Shown: positions 19,665 through 20,000 of the stretch, in pieces | How positions within the stretch are numbered: position 1 is the first letter of the stretch | Layout: the number at the start of each line of letters is the position of its first letter | DNA from: Chiloscyllium plagiosum | Lineage: Eukaryota | Assembly (NCBI RefSeq): GCF_004010195.1 | Contig: NC_057718.1 | Coordinates: 44,157,660-44,177,659 of the forward strand | DNA length: 20,000 nt | Direction: 5' to 3' | The notes under the pieces: model-generated | What the model was told of the DNA's origin: nothing | Database searches by the model: none | What the model saw: only the letters and a program-made list of their open reading frames with translations | Translations under genes and position numbers: made by a program

Positions 19665-20000
19665 ATATAGAGTCATAGAGTCATAGAGATGTAAAGCATA
19701 GAAACAGACCCTTCAGTCCAACCTGCCAACGCCGACCAGATATCCCAACCCAATCTAGTCCCAACTGCCAGCACCCGGCCCATATCCCTCCAAACCCTTC
19801 CTATTCATATACCCATCCAAATTCCTCTTAAATGTTGCAATTGTACCAGCCTCCAACACATCCTCTGGCAGCTCATTCCATACATGTACCACCCTCTGCA
19901 TGGAAAAGTTGCCCCTTAGGTCTCTTTTATATCTTTCCCCTCTCACCCTAAACCTATGCCCTCTAGTTCTGGACTCCCCGACCCCAGGGAAAAGACTTTG
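19665..20000 (-). mobile_element. CR1 (HER1-type) LINE 3' end, continuing beyond the window
   Basis: RGNFSMQRVVHVWNELPEDVLEAGTIATFKRNLDGYM; tail (CTATGACT)n seen as ATAGAGTCATAGAGTCATAGAG on +. Confidence 0.93.

Noticed and set aside
1..20000. Prokaryotic systems (CRISPR array, operons, retron or defence RT)
   Set aside because: No regularly spaced repeats or dense ORFs; all RT and nuclease motifs belong to vertebrate retroelements.

Overview
Eukaryotic, repeat-dominated, essentially non-coding DNA, almost certainly from a cartilaginous fish (shark). The repeat set supports this: an HE1/V-SINE, CR1/HER-type LINEs with (CTATGACT)n tails, and Penelope-derived palindromes carrying hammerhead cores. 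No intact protein-coding gene is visible; the ORF-track entries are fragments of decayed transposons or noise. The main hidden object is a very old, internally deleted endogenous retrovirus-like provirus at about 6284-13646 (+), not visible in the ORF track as such. It has two LTRs only about 75-80% identical, a decayed gag (coiled-coil-like N-terminus, MHR-like motif, CCHC knuckle), a TGA at the gag/pro boundary, a degenerate protease and a retrovirus-type (not gypsy-type) RT. RNase H, integrase and most of env appear lost, leaving a possible Env membrane-anchor stub. Its motif combination suggests a basal, spuma-related or lokiretrovirus-like lineage (inference). The provirus split an older Penelope-derived element and was itself hit by a CR1 fragment, a mini-Penelope and an inverted Penelope dimer that carries an HE1 SINE. 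The rest of the window holds a Harbinger-type Myb/SANT relic, more Penelope fragments, a 3.7-kb CR1 (ORF1 esterase plus ORF2) and other LINE 3' ends. All calls come from manual reading and translation; no searches were run.
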